Source of the DNA: an uncultured Gammaproteobacteria bacterium
GTDB taxonomy: Bacteria; Patescibacteriota; Microgenomatia; Levybacterales; GWA1-39-11
Reading direction: 5' to 3'
Length of the DNA: 64,000 nucleotides
Assembly: GCA_964651815.1 (NCBI GenBank)
Contig: CAZYWG010000005.1
Location: 27,053 to 91,052 of the forward strand
Positions 1-9,695 of the stretch are shown here, in pieces; the first letter of the stretch is position 1, and each line of letters starts with the position of its first letter. The position numbers were made by a program, and so were the translations under genes. The notes beneath the pieces were generated by a model, which was not told where the DNA came from, made no database searches, and was given only the letters and a program-made list of their open reading frames with translations.

Positions 1-1
1 T

Positions 2-2041
2 TCATTTTAGTTTAAACATCAAAATTATAATTCCAAAAATCGAAATTGAACTTACAAAAAGCCCTATATTTACCAAATCCTGCGGCGAGTAATAGACGTC
101 AAATTTATAAAACCCGTCTTGAGGTATTACAAAACTATTTAACTTCTGATTCTTCGATATTGAATACTGAATACTCGATACAGAATACCCTTTAGCTCTT
201 GCTACCCATCCCGGATCGAACCCTTCTGAAAAAACTAGAACGTCCCCTTTTCTTGCGTTGTTAACTTCAACGTCGTATTTTACCGGATTAACATTTTTGT
301 AGTTAATATTAATATTCTGGTTCTGGCTCCAGAAATGGTCGCGAACCCCATTTACTTCAAAAACCACAATTTTCCCAAAGTTTTTAACTTTTTTAAGCCA
401 TTTTATTTTTTCAAAACCCTTAACATATGACGAATATACTTTCTCACTATACTTTCTATCATTTAAGAAAATCTTGCCTTGTATATCAGACGGAATGATA
501 ATATATTTGATATTCTCTTCTTCAATTTGCTTCTCGTCATTACTAATTTTCCGAGCTAAAGCGCTCTCCGAGTATAAATTGTAATAATCTTGGGCCGCAA
601 TAATAGGATGGGTTGATGAATAAAAAGAGAATTGTGTAAAATTGGGTACCCATAGGGTCCTAAAAAAATGTTTTTGATTACTCATATAGTGTGTCAAATT
701 TTGATATTCAACTGGAATTTTGGTTGTCTTAAATGTTCCACTAACTTGTCCAGCAACAGCCTGGCGAATTGTTAACACCCAAAACAAAATAAATACACAG
801 ATAAGTGCCTTTTTTAAATTTAGATTTTTAAATTTATTTGAAAATTGAAAATTAAAAATTGAAAATTCAGTATTAGATTTTAACAACTCAGATATTTCGA
901 AAAGAGTAATCGGAATCAAAACGGAATATGAAATTGCAATTATCCCATACCATTTTGTTGAATCACGAAACATTACAAATCCTGGAAATTTTTGAAAAAG
1001 AAATACATAAAATTGCCCAAAAGGATCATTTGAGCCTTTAGCTAAGAACACGCCAATAAGTGCAATGAGCGAGAAAAATATTATTTTGTTTTTTTTCTGG
1101 TGATTGCGAATTATTAATAGTACGGCAAAAGCCAAAACTGGAATTACTAAAAATTCAGGTTGCATAAAATAAACTTTCCCAAAAATATTATCCGGCCAAT
1201 TGGGATGAAGTAGTGAAATTGTATTTTCAAAAGTAGCAAAACTTAAAAATTTAACAATCCCATCATTTGTGTATGCCGCCCCCAAACTTCCTAAGGGGTT
1301 TTGTCTAAATACTGCAAACGGGAAAAGCCAAAAAAAATGGATTAAAACAGTGACTAAACCGGGTATAACAGAAAACGGTATAAAAGTTTTGAATAATTTT
1401 TTTAAAAATCCGTTTTTTAAAATAAACAGCAAATAATAAACTGCAATAAGAACTAAAGTCACATAACCAATCCGCAAATCAAAGGCAATCTGCAGGGAGA
1501 AAATGACGCCTGCAATTATCGCCGACTTCAATTTATTTTGGTTATCCAAGATATTTAAAAACCCATAGGCAACCCATGGAATCAACGCGTAACCCATTCC
1601 AACACCTATTTGCCCTCCCCCCACAATCATTAGAGAATAAGAATTTGTAGTAAATATTAAAGATGATACGAGTGCTAACAAATTATCCTTTAAAAAATGT
1701 CTTTTAAAGAAAACATATGCTCCGGAAAGAGAAACTATAAGAAACGGAATAAACCAAACTAGCTTTTCAATTATTTCCCAAGGGATATGAAAGATATTAA
1801 AAGGTATTGCGCTTGTTGCAAGAGAATATGTATTAAGCGGTAATAGAAATATTATGCTTCCACCTACGCCATTGTTAAAATTAGCATCCCAACCAAACGG
1901 GAAAGACGCAAATTCACGAATTGTCTCAGGAAATCTATATCCCCAATCGCCAGCCGATAGTGAAAACGGTAAAAACCAAGATTTGAAAATGAGGAATAAA
2001 ATTAATACAAAATAGAGATAAATAAATTTGTTAATTTTCAT
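2..2041 (-). CDS. Large polytopic membrane protein, family A (GT-C-like candidate). The C-terminus runs off the window edge, so no stop codon is seen.
   Basis: 679-aa ORF with many hydrophobic segments. The N-terminal region (GDWGYRFPETIREFASFPFGWDANFNNG, and KFPGFVMFRDSTKWYG) is paralogous to the N-terminal region of 10612..13995. The C-terminal part carries DPGW...SFVIPQDGFYKFDVYY followed by a hydrophobic anchor. The ORF reaches coordinate 2. Confidence 0.6.
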   Translation of the reverse strand: MKINKFIYLYFVLILFLIFKSWFLPFSLSAGDWGYRFPETIREFASFPFGWDANFNNGVGGSIIFLLPLNTYSLATSAIPFNIFHIPWEIIEKLVWFIPFLIVSLSGAYVFFKRHFLKDNLLALVSSLIFTTNSYSLMIVGGGQIGVGMGYALIPWVAYGFLNILDNQNKLKSAIIAGVIFSLQIAFDLRIGYVTLVLIAVYYLLFILKNGFLKKLFKTFIPFSVIPGLVTVLIHFFWLFPFAVFRQNPLGSLGAAYTNDGIVKFLSFATFENTISLLHPNWPDNIFGKVYFMQPEFLVIPVLAFAVLLIIRNHQKKNKIIFFSLIALIGVFLAKGSNDPFGQFYVFLFQKFPGFVMFRDSTKWYGIIAISYSVLIPITLFEISELLKSNTEFSIFNFQFSNKFKNLNLKKALICVFILFWVLTIRQAVAGQVSGTFKTTKIPVEYQNLTHYMSNQKHFFRTLWVPNFTQFSFYSSTHPIIAAQDYYNLYSESALARKISNDEKQIEEENIKYIIIPSDIQGKIFLNDRKYSEKVYSSYVKGFEKIKWLKKVKNFGKIVVFEVNGVRDHFWSQNQNININYKNVNPVKYDVEVNNARKGDVLVFSEGFDPGWVARAKGYSVSSIQYSISKNQKLNSFVIPQDGFYKFDVYYSPQDLVNIGLFVSSISIFGIIILMFKLK

Positions 2042-2142
2042 TTGCTTAATGAATTATAGTTGATTATGTAAATCTTCTGCCACAAATGAATTCTATCATT
2101 TATCTTTATACTTTTAACATTGCAAATAACGCTAATTGCTTG

Positions 2143-2151
2143 TGATATAAT
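2143..2151 (+). promoter_or_regulatory. Extended -10 promoter element (TGaTATAAT) lying 6 nt upstream of the ATG at 2158, which implies a leaderless transcript.
   Basis: The sequence tgTGaTATAATcttgcaATG is read directly: TG at 2143-2144, TATAAT at 2146-2151, ATG at 2158. Confidence 0.4.
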
Positions 2152-2157
2152 CTTGCA

Positions 2158-2892
2158 ATGCTTAGAGAGGTTGCTATCAAAATATATGATGATTGGGCAC
2201 ATAGTTGCGAGAATACGATATTTTCGATGCTTGAAAAAAATAAAGATGCTTCAATCCTAGATTTGGGCAGCGGTGATGGGATATTCACAAAAAAAGTTGC
2301 AAAAAAAATTGGCTCTAAAAAAATCTCGGCAATTGAAGGTTTGAAAATAAAAATAAAAGACATAGATGTTAAAATCTCAAATTTAAATCATAAATTTCCA
2401 TATCCTTCCAATTCTTTCGACGTAGTAATGAGCACATACAGCATAGAACATCTTTATAACACCCCCTTATTTATTTCAGAAACCTTCCGAGTCTTGAAAA
2501 AAGGCGGATACACAATTGTAGCAACAGATAATCTTTCGTCCTGGGCAAATATAATTTCATTAATTTTAGGGTTTCAGGCTTTTTCAACGGCCTACTTAAT
2601 AAAAGGTAAGACTGTTGGAAATCCATTCGCAATCAGGTCCGAAGGGTTGGTAACTGATGGAGCAGCGCCAGATCCTAATTTTTCAAAAGAATGGAGAGAA
2701 ACCGGTGAATTTGGACATAACAAAGTTCTTTCATTTAGGGGTTTAGTTGATTCTTACAAAACACTTGGATTTAGGATAGAAAAAGTCAAAGGCGTAGGAT
2801 ACTTGCCCTTTAAAGGGGTGCTTTCAAAAACTTTTTCCCTAATTGATTCAAGACACTCTCACTTATTAGTTATGAAAGCAAGAAAAGTTTAA
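2158..2892 (+). CDS. Class I SAM-dependent methyltransferase. It is a paralog of 17465..18187.
   Basis: Contains the glycine-rich motif I (ILDLGSGDGIFTKKVAKK). It shares the blocks SIEHLYN, ATDNLSSWANI, GNPFA, HNKVL and RHSHLLVMKA with the 17465..18187 product. Confidence 0.8.
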   Translation: MLREVAIKIYDDWAHSCENTIFSMLEKNKDASILDLGSGDGIFTKKVAKKIGSKKISAIEGLKIKIKDIDVKISNLNHKFPYPSNSFDVVMSTYSIEHLYNTPLFISETFRVLKKGGYTIVATDNLSSWANIISLILGFQAFSTAYLIKGKTVGNPFAIRSEGLVTDGAAPDPNFSKEWRETGEFGHNKVLSFRGLVDSYKTLGFRIEKVKGVGYLPFKGVLSKTFSLIDSRHSHLLVMKARKV

Positions 2893-2898
2893 AAATTT

Positions 2899-4551
2899 TT
2901 ACAATTCTTGTCTAACTTTTTTAGAAATGTCCTTGACACTAAAATCTTGCTCATTATATTCAAGAGCAATAACAACACCACTTGATAATTTGTTTTCCTT
3001 CAAAACGTTTTTTAATAAGCCAATATCCGTGAAATAACCAAAACTCCTATCGCCTATCCTTCTGTACCCTTGTGAGTTAAGGTTCAATAAAAAGTCGTGG
3101 TTTAAAAACTTTCCCCATGTCGTTTCATTCCCAACAGAATATTTAACTAAAATATTCCAACCCGCTCCAGAACTAAAAGGTAACACCCAGTCCGGAGATA
3201 AACCAAATTCACTGTTGCGATAACACTTAACTTTGCACACAATATAAAAAATCGTGTTATTCGGAATGCTTGGATGAACTGCTTTGACATTGTTTAAAAA
3301 TGTGCGTCTTGCATATCCGCCGGTAACTTTATATTTTACTGCGGCTTGAATCTGTGAATATGAAGAATAAAAAAGTAGAACTAAAATAATTACTGCTACC
3401 ACTTTCTTAAATTTGTCCGCAACTTTAAATTTTCCGCTCGAAGAAAAAAGAAAGACTATGAATAAAGATGTAAAAAATAAAACAGGAACACTTGATAAAT
3501 ACAGATACCTTTCATCAACTATGTTTAAGTTCCTACCAGCAAATGAAAGTATTATGGCATTTAATAATATCCAACAAGAAAAGAAAATAATATATTTCAA
3601 CTTATCTTTGTTTTTCCAAAAAAACATTGATGCTGCAAATATCCATACAATTACACTGAAAAGGGAAATAAATGCCAAATCCATAAATACAGGATAGGCT
3701 TGTACAAATGAGACAGATATGCTCGGGTATGCCCAGGAAGTTTTATTAATTAGTAAATTAAAAACACCTGCAGCACTTATTAAGTTTTGTACAACAAGTT
3801 TTATTGGTAAACTCAATAAATTATAGATAACTGAGTTAAAATCAAAGCTTGATTCTTTAGGAATTGGGTCAATATTAAAAGCCTGAGAGACAACTCTAAT
3901 TATGAGAAACAAAAAAAGTCCTACAGCCAAATACATAAATGCTTTAATATTTCTTCCATTTAATTTCTCTCTATCGAAAGTCAGTAAATATACAACAAGT
4001 AAAGGCACTATAATAAAACCGTCTTCTCTAAATAACACCGAGCATAAAAACAAGCCGAAGAGAATAAATATATTCTTTATTGCAAAATATTTTTCCTTTA
4101 TACTCGCCAGATATATAAAAAATAAAACTATAAAAATGAAAGAACTTATGGTTGTCGAAAATATCGCTAAATGCATAAATGCTTCATAAGCTCTCCCATT
4201 GGTAGCAAAAAGAGTTGCCGTCAAAAATCCAATTCTATTATTTTTGCTGATTTTTGAGGTAAAAATAAAAACGAGTAACGTAGCTAAGGCATGCATCAAG
4301 AGCTCAATAAGAACATAATACTGTGAGTTCAATACAAAAACCTTATAAAGAATTAACCAAAAATAAAGTCCCAGGGGATTAAAATGGACGCCTTTACTAA
4401 TTAAGAATATCCACCAGGGTTGATTGTATGAATATATTATGTCGCCAAAAGCCCCCCATTCATCCTGCTGAAAAAAATTACCAAACAGACCATGAGTAAA
4501 GAATAAAATAATGGCGAAAAATAAAATGAAGTACAAAATATATTTCTTCAT
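2899..4551 (-). CDS. Polytopic membrane protein with a C-terminal soluble domain of about 170 aa; function unknown (possibly GT-C-like).
   Basis: 550 aa. The N-terminal roughly 380 aa are strongly hydrophobic. A DEWG motif sits near the first loop (FFQQDEWGAFGD). The tail is hydrophilic and rich in Cys, Gly and Arg. Confidence 0.55.
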   Translation of the reverse strand: MKKYILYFILFFAIILFFTHGLFGNFFQQDEWGAFGDIIYSYNQPWWIFLISKGVHFNPLGLYFWLILYKVFVLNSQYYVLIELLMHALATLLVFIFTSKISKNNRIGFLTATLFATNGRAYEAFMHLAIFSTTISSFIFIVLFFIYLASIKEKYFAIKNIFILFGLFLCSVLFREDGFIIVPLLVVYLLTFDREKLNGRNIKAFMYLAVGLFLFLIIRVVSQAFNIDPIPKESSFDFNSVIYNLLSLPIKLVVQNLISAAGVFNLLINKTSWAYPSISVSFVQAYPVFMDLAFISLFSVIVWIFAASMFFWKNKDKLKYIIFFSCWILLNAIILSFAGRNLNIVDERYLYLSSVPVLFFTSLFIVFLFSSSGKFKVADKFKKVVAVIILVLLFYSSYSQIQAAVKYKVTGGYARRTFLNNVKAVHPSIPNNTIFYIVCKVKCYRNSEFGLSPDWVLPFSSGAGWNILVKYSVGNETTWGKFLNHDFLLNLNSQGYRRIGDRSFGYFTDIGLLKNVLKENKLSSGVVIALEYNEQDFSVKDISKKVRQEL

Positions 4552-4554
4552 TAT

Positions 4555-6357
4555 TTAGTGAAAAAGGAAATCTTTAAAAATATTCTTTTTTGACTTTTGT
4601 TTTTTTATCATTTCTAACTTTTTTTTATACTTCGTAGCAATTTTCAAGTTGGTTTCGATACTAACCAAAAAATTACCGATTGCAAGATAATCTACTCCGG
4701 AGCTTAAAAAAGACCTCACAGCATCGTTAGGCGTACAGACAATTGGCTCTTCGTGCATATTAAAACTTGTATTAACAAGGCTTGGTATCCCTGTTATTTT
4801 GTAATACTCGGAAAGTATTTTGTAATAATTTGGATTATCCTTTTCTCGTAAAATCTGCGGCCTTGCTGTCCCGTCAACGTGAACTACAGCAGGGCTTACT
4901 TTTTTCATAAAAGGCGTGCATTCAAAAGTAATTGTCATAAACCTTGAAGAATATTCCGCCCCTTTTAAATCCTTAAAACACTTAGATGCAAATTTGTCTA
5001 GAGTGACCGGCGCAAACGGCATAAATTCAGTCCGTTTAAGTCGCTTATTAAGCCAATCGTTAGCTGTTTTATCGCGAGTATGATAAAGAATTGACCTATT
5101 CCCGAGTGCTCTCGGACCATATTCCATACGTCCTGCGAACCTTGCAACAATTTTTCCTGAAGAAATAAGTTCTGCAACTTTTGTTTCAATAATTTTCTCT
5201 CTTTTATATTTCAATTTATAAGAATCCAGAGTTTTTTTAATTTGCTCGCTTGTAAAATCTGGTCCAAAATAAACGTTTTGAGGTAGTTCTATTTTTTCCC
5301 CATTTGTGTATGCTGAATGAAGAGCTGCACCAAGCGCAAGTCCATCATCCCCCATTGCTTGGTGAATATAAATGTCACTAATTTCTTTCATCTCATGAAT
5401 TCTTTGATTAGCTTTAACGTTTGCGGCAACGCCACCCGCTAGCGCAATCTTATGTTCCCCCGTCTTCTTAACTGCATATTTAACAATTTCAACAAGACAG
5501 TCCTCAAGTCTTTTTTGAAATGCCGCTGCAATATCTTCCCGCTTAAACGGAGCAAGCTCTTCTGGAAGTTTTTTATTTACCAAATAAAAAGCGAGAAGCT
5601 TTAGGTATTTTTTGTGATTTAGTATAACTTTATCTTTTTTAATCCAAAGTAAATCCTCTGTGAATTTATAAAGTTTTCTAGGATCGCCATATGCTGACAA
5701 TCCGGTTATTTTTCCAGGATGTCTGTGCCGATCAAACCCCAAAATTTCTGTTACAATTTCATAAAATTTCCCCATGGAATTAGGGAGTTTGCTTTCAACT
5801 ATTTTTTCCCACTTGCCGCGTTTGACATGATGAATTGTGACAGTTTCAGTGAACCCCGAACCTTCATTAGCCATCACAAGACACTCATCCCAAGAAGACA
5901 GATAATAAGCCGCGTGCATATGTGCACTATGATGATGGTCAAAATCAATTTTCCCATTGAAACCCGCGAGTAATTTATCAACTTTATTTTTTGAAAAAAT
6001 AAATCTATATATATATGAAGGAAAACCGGACGCAATAAACAACTCTGCTAAAATCAGGAAGGGTTTCTTGAGCCAAAGCAAATACTCGCCTCCGGTTGAG
6101 GAGATTGGCCATATATTTTCTTTAAAATTCAACCACAAAGTACCAGGAAATGGGTCTTCAACGTAGGTTACAATATCTATGTCTTTTGGCTTAACTCCGG
6201 TATATTCAAAAAAATTCTTCAAAGCCCCAAGCGGAGCGTTTCTATCCATCTTTACCCTGGAAAAACGCTCATTTGAGGCAGCATATATTATTTTTCCATT
6301 CTCAACATATGCAACAGATGTATCATGCGTTCTTATATGTATACCCAATATTTTCAT
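4555..6357 (-). CDS. O-carbamoyltransferase of the NodU/CmcH/TobZ family.
   Basis: 600 aa. The N-terminal block ILGIHIRTHDTSVAYVENGKIIYAASNERFSRVK and the block HHHSAHMHAAYYLS are typical of the carbamoyltransferase Kae1-like domain. The C-terminal half includes RPQIL. Confidence 0.8.
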   Translation of the reverse strand: MKILGIHIRTHDTSVAYVENGKIIYAASNERFSRVKMDRNAPLGALKNFFEYTGVKPKDIDIVTYVEDPFPGTLWLNFKENIWPISSTGGEYLLWLKKPFLILAELFIASGFPSYIYRFIFSKNKVDKLLAGFNGKIDFDHHHSAHMHAAYYLSSWDECLVMANEGSGFTETVTIHHVKRGKWEKIVESKLPNSMGKFYEIVTEILGFDRHRHPGKITGLSAYGDPRKLYKFTEDLLWIKKDKVILNHKKYLKLLAFYLVNKKLPEELAPFKREDIAAAFQKRLEDCLVEIVKYAVKKTGEHKIALAGGVAANVKANQRIHEMKEISDIYIHQAMGDDGLALGAALHSAYTNGEKIELPQNVYFGPDFTSEQIKKTLDSYKLKYKREKIIETKVAELISSGKIVARFAGRMEYGPRALGNRSILYHTRDKTANDWLNKRLKRTEFMPFAPVTLDKFASKCFKDLKGAEYSSRFMTITFECTPFMKKVSPAVVHVDGTARPQILREKDNPNYYKILSEYYKITGIPSLVNTSFNMHEEPIVCTPNDAVRSFLSSGVDYLAIGNFLVSIETNLKIATKYKKKLEMIKKQKSKKNIFKDFLFH

Positions 6358-6358
6358 G

Positions 6359-7567
6359 TTAGTTCTTTAAAACGTGTCGATATAATTCATAATGTTTTTT
6401 TGCAATTATACTCCAATACCTGTTTGATGCAGACTTTCTGAGAGACTTTTTTGTTCTTTCATAAAAGTCATTATCTTCAATTAACTTTTGAAGTTTGCCT
6501 TTGAATGAAGAGGACTCTTGAAGGTCAAATAACAAACCAAAATTATTATCCATTACTTCCTGCGCAAGCGGCTTCACGTCAGCAACAAGTAATGGTTTTC
6601 CATATGCTAAAACAACTGATAAAACGCCACTTGTGTTGAATGAATATACTGCCGTGATAACACATATTTTAGCCATTCTATAGAGTTCATTTACTCCTTC
6701 TGCATCAACAAATCCTGTGATTAATACTGAGTTTTCAATTTTTTTCTTTTTTATCAGTTTCTGTATCTTATTTTTATATTGAACAAATTCGGGCATAACG
6801 TCTCCTGCCAGAACCATTACCCACTCTTTTTTTAGCTTAGGATCTTCAAATACACGAGTTAAAGAATCAATTAATAACTCGTAGCCTTTTCTGGGAGAAA
6901 AATATCCAAAAGACAAAATAATTTTTTTACCTTTAAGAATTGGAAATTGTTTAAACATATTTGGATTTTTCGGTAAAGAATCTCTGTCAGAAATTTCTCT
7001 AATACCATGTGCAATAGTTATTATCTTAGTTGTATTACCAGCATATTCCTCTACGAGTCTTGTTTTTAAAAGATCAGTATGAACTGTTACCTCATTTGAA
7101 AAAAAAACGATTAATTTATAAATACTAATAAGGAAAAGTTTCACTAAAAAACTATTCAAAAAGTTATCTTTTAGGCCAAACCCTTCTAAAAAACTTTTGT
7201 CTATTTGTTTTTTTGATACAACAGTATGAATAGTGACTACAACTTTAAATCCGGTCAGTCTTAGCAGCGAAATTAACCACGGAAAAAGAGCTGCAGAAAT
7301 TACTCCCCCATAAGTCTTGAATTCATGTTGCAAGTGAACCAAATTGGGTTTCTTTTTCAATATATATAAATAGATAGGAATAAAAGAAAAAGACCCCTTT
7401 AACCATACCAAATCCACGCCAGGAAGCTTACCATCAGTTACGGGTTCATTTTTCCTACCACAAAGAAATAACTCATCACGAGGCTTCATAACCTTAATAA
7501 ATCCCTGGCTTAAATCTCGAGTATAATTGGTATCTGGTAGAAAATTTGCAACAAAAACAACTTTCAT
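6359..7567 (-). CDS. Glycosyltransferase with GT-B fold (GT4-like).
   Basis: 402 aa. The C-terminal half has a GT4-like architecture (ILSFGYFSPRKGYELL...VLAGD...ITGFV). The stop overlaps the next start by 4 nt. Confidence 0.65.
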   Translation of the reverse strand: MKVVFVANFLPDTNYTRDLSQGFIKVMKPRDELFLCGRKNEPVTDGKLPGVDLVWLKGSFSFIPIYLYILKKKPNLVHLQHEFKTYGGVISAALFPWLISLLRLTGFKVVVTIHTVVSKKQIDKSFLEGFGLKDNFLNSFLVKLFLISIYKLIVFFSNEVTVHTDLLKTRLVEEYAGNTTKIITIAHGIREISDRDSLPKNPNMFKQFPILKGKKIILSFGYFSPRKGYELLIDSLTRVFEDPKLKKEWVMVLAGDVMPEFVQYKNKIQKLIKKKKIENSVLITGFVDAEGVNELYRMAKICVITAVYSFNTSGVLSVVLAYGKPLLVADVKPLAQEVMDNNFGLLFDLQESSSFKGKLQKLIEDNDFYERTKKSLRKSASNRYWSIIAKKHYELYRHVLKN

Positions 7568-8601
7568 TCTTTCATCCTCTCACTTTTAATATAAGTTAGA
7601 ACTTTTCTAAAACCGTCCACGTTTGAAATTTTTGGCTTCCAACCGAGTTTTTTAATCTTTGAAATATCAGCATACCTTGATGCAACTCCCACAGGCTTAT
7701 TAACTAAGGGGGCGATTTTAGGGTTGTATCCTTCAATCTTAGCCATAATTTTTATAACATCCAAAAAACTTGTTAACTTTCCACTTCCAATGTTACAAGC
7801 AGATCCGTCCTTAATATTTTTCATGATCACAAAAAAAGCTTCAATGCAGTCATCTATATGGACAAAATCCCGCCCTTGTTTTCCTGTCCCCCAGACAGTA
7901 AGTGGGTTTTCTTGTCTTACAACTCTTCTCGCAATTGCGGGTATTGGATATGAAAAATCCTGGTCTTCACCGTAACCTGAAAACGGCCTAACGCATGCAA
8001 TTGGAATTTTATATCTTTCCGCGGCAAGATTACTTAAATATTCCCCAGTTAACTTACTCCATCCGTATGTCATATCCGGAATTCCGGTATAAGTTGCAAA
8101 GTCAATAAAATTTTCTTTCAGAGCTTTGTGATTTTTTTTCTTTTGTAAAGTAATTGGGTATGCGGCACTTGAACTTGCGTACATGACAGACCCAACATCT
8201 CTACTCCGTCTAGTCAGCCAGTGGAAAAATATAGAATCAATTGCCAAATCCCTGGCAACTAGAATGGGGTCCCCGTCTATTAATTCTCGCCCTCCAACAA
8301 TTGATGCAAGATGAAAGATTTTTTTAAATGAAGGGAGCGTTTGTTTTTTAATTTCTTCATTAAATACTTCAATTGCGTCTTTCAGAATGAAATGAATTTT
8401 TTTACCTTGGCTATCATAACTAACATAGTTTTTACTTATCCTATTTTTTTTGAATGATTTCCCTAACCAGATGTCTGGGTGCTTTCCAATAGACAAATCA
8501 TCAATTACCCAGATCTCGCCGGAACTAATTTTTTTTATAAGGTTTCTTCCTACAAACCCGCACCCTCCTGTTATTAAGAATACTTTTTTGCCGGCTTTCA
8601 T
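7564..8601 (-). CDS. NAD-dependent nucleotide-sugar epimerase/dehydratase (extended SDR).
   Basis: Rossmann motif ITGGCGFVGRNL and catalytic YGWSK (YxxxK). Confidence 0.8.
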   Translation of the reverse strand: MKAGKKVFLITGGCGFVGRNLIKKISSGEIWVIDDLSIGKHPDIWLGKSFKKNRISKNYVSYDSQGKKIHFILKDAIEVFNEEIKKQTLPSFKKIFHLASIVGGRELIDGDPILVARDLAIDSIFFHWLTRRSRDVGSVMYASSSAAYPITLQKKKNHKALKENFIDFATYTGIPDMTYGWSKLTGEYLSNLAAERYKIPIACVRPFSGYGEDQDFSYPIPAIARRVVRQENPLTVWGTGKQGRDFVHIDDCIEAFFVIMKNIKDGSACNIGSGKLTSFLDVIKIMAKIEGYNPKIAPLVNKPVGVASRYADISKIKKLGWKPKISNVDGFRKVLTYIKSERMKE

Positions 8602-9692
8602 TTGATAAATAAATTCTGGTTTAAATTACTGAACTTTTTTCGCCCGTTCAAAAAATAATCAAACACAATACTACGTTTATACAAGGGATATGGGGGACGA
8701 ATTTTATTTCCCAATTTTAAAGAAATATGCTTTCTCCTATTTAAGACATGTGGAATAAGAGAGATAACTCTCATATGAGCCAAAACAACCATTAATGCAT
8801 TCACAAAAATCTTGTTGTCAATAATGTAATACCCAATTGCTACATAATCTAACATTATTCTGAATGGTAGATAAAGAATAAGCTCTCGTGGCGTAAGATT
8901 CTTAAGTATTAACAACAAGTGGTTCCTATGATGTAGATAAATCTTTTTATACTTAAACTTGCTCATTGTTCCTGAACCATAATGATAAACAACAGAAGTT
9001 GGAATAAAAGTCAATCTGTATCCATAGAAATTCATCCTCCAACACATATCTACTTCCTCGCCATATATAAAAAATATATCATCCAATACTCCCACTTTTT
9101 TTACTACTTCATACTTAGTTACCATACACGCACCAGAACACCATGCCAAATCAACCTGAGAATCATATTGCCCGCGATCTTTTTCGCACACAAAAAAAAC
9201 TCTTCCTCTTGCAAAAGGAAATCCATACATATCCATAAAACCTCCGGCTGCCCCAGCATAATCAAAGTATTTTCTATTTCTATTACTTTTTATTTTTGGT
9301 TGACATGCACCTACGTCGGGATTATTTTCCATATAACTAATAATTGGCTGCAACCATTTTTTAGATACAATCACATCATCATTCAAAAAAACAATATAAC
9401 CTGATTTAATTTTCCCAAGTGCGAAGTTACACCCGCCGGCAAACCCTTTATTCTTTTTTAACCTGTAAAAATTTGCATTTTTAAGCATTTTGTATTTGTC
9501 ATAAAATTTTTTGTATCCATCAGGTTTTGAATTATTATCAACAAAAAAAAATTTTAAATTTGGATACCCACATTTAAGCATCGCTTCAATACACTCACCT
9601 ACAAAATCAAATTGGTTGTATGTGAGAATTATTACATTTACAAGAGGGCTTTTGCTTTTTGGTTTCTCTTTTTTGAGATTCGTGGTTTTCAT
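8598..9692 (-). CDS. GT2 family glycosyltransferase (GT-A fold).
   Basis: VNVIILTYNQFDFVGECIEAM...VDNNS and GFAGGCNFAL, typical of GT2 rhamnosyl/galactosyl-transferase-like enzymes. Confidence 0.8.
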   Translation of the reverse strand: MKTTNLKKEKPKSKSPLVNVIILTYNQFDFVGECIEAMLKCGYPNLKFFFVDNNSKPDGYKKFYDKYKMLKNANFYRLKKNKGFAGGCNFALGKIKSGYIVFLNDDVIVSKKWLQPIISYMENNPDVGACQPKIKSNRNRKYFDYAGAAGGFMDMYGFPFARGRVFFVCEKDRGQYDSQVDLAWCSGACMVTKYEVVKKVGVLDDIFFIYGEEVDMCWRMNFYGYRLTFIPTSVVYHYGSGTMSKFKYKKIYLHHRNHLLLILKNLTPRELILYLPFRIMLDYVAIGYYIIDNKIFVNALMVVLAHMRVISLIPHVLNRRKHISLKLGNKIRPPYPLYKRSIVFDYFLNGRKKFSNLNQNLFIK

Positions 9693-9695
9693 ACA

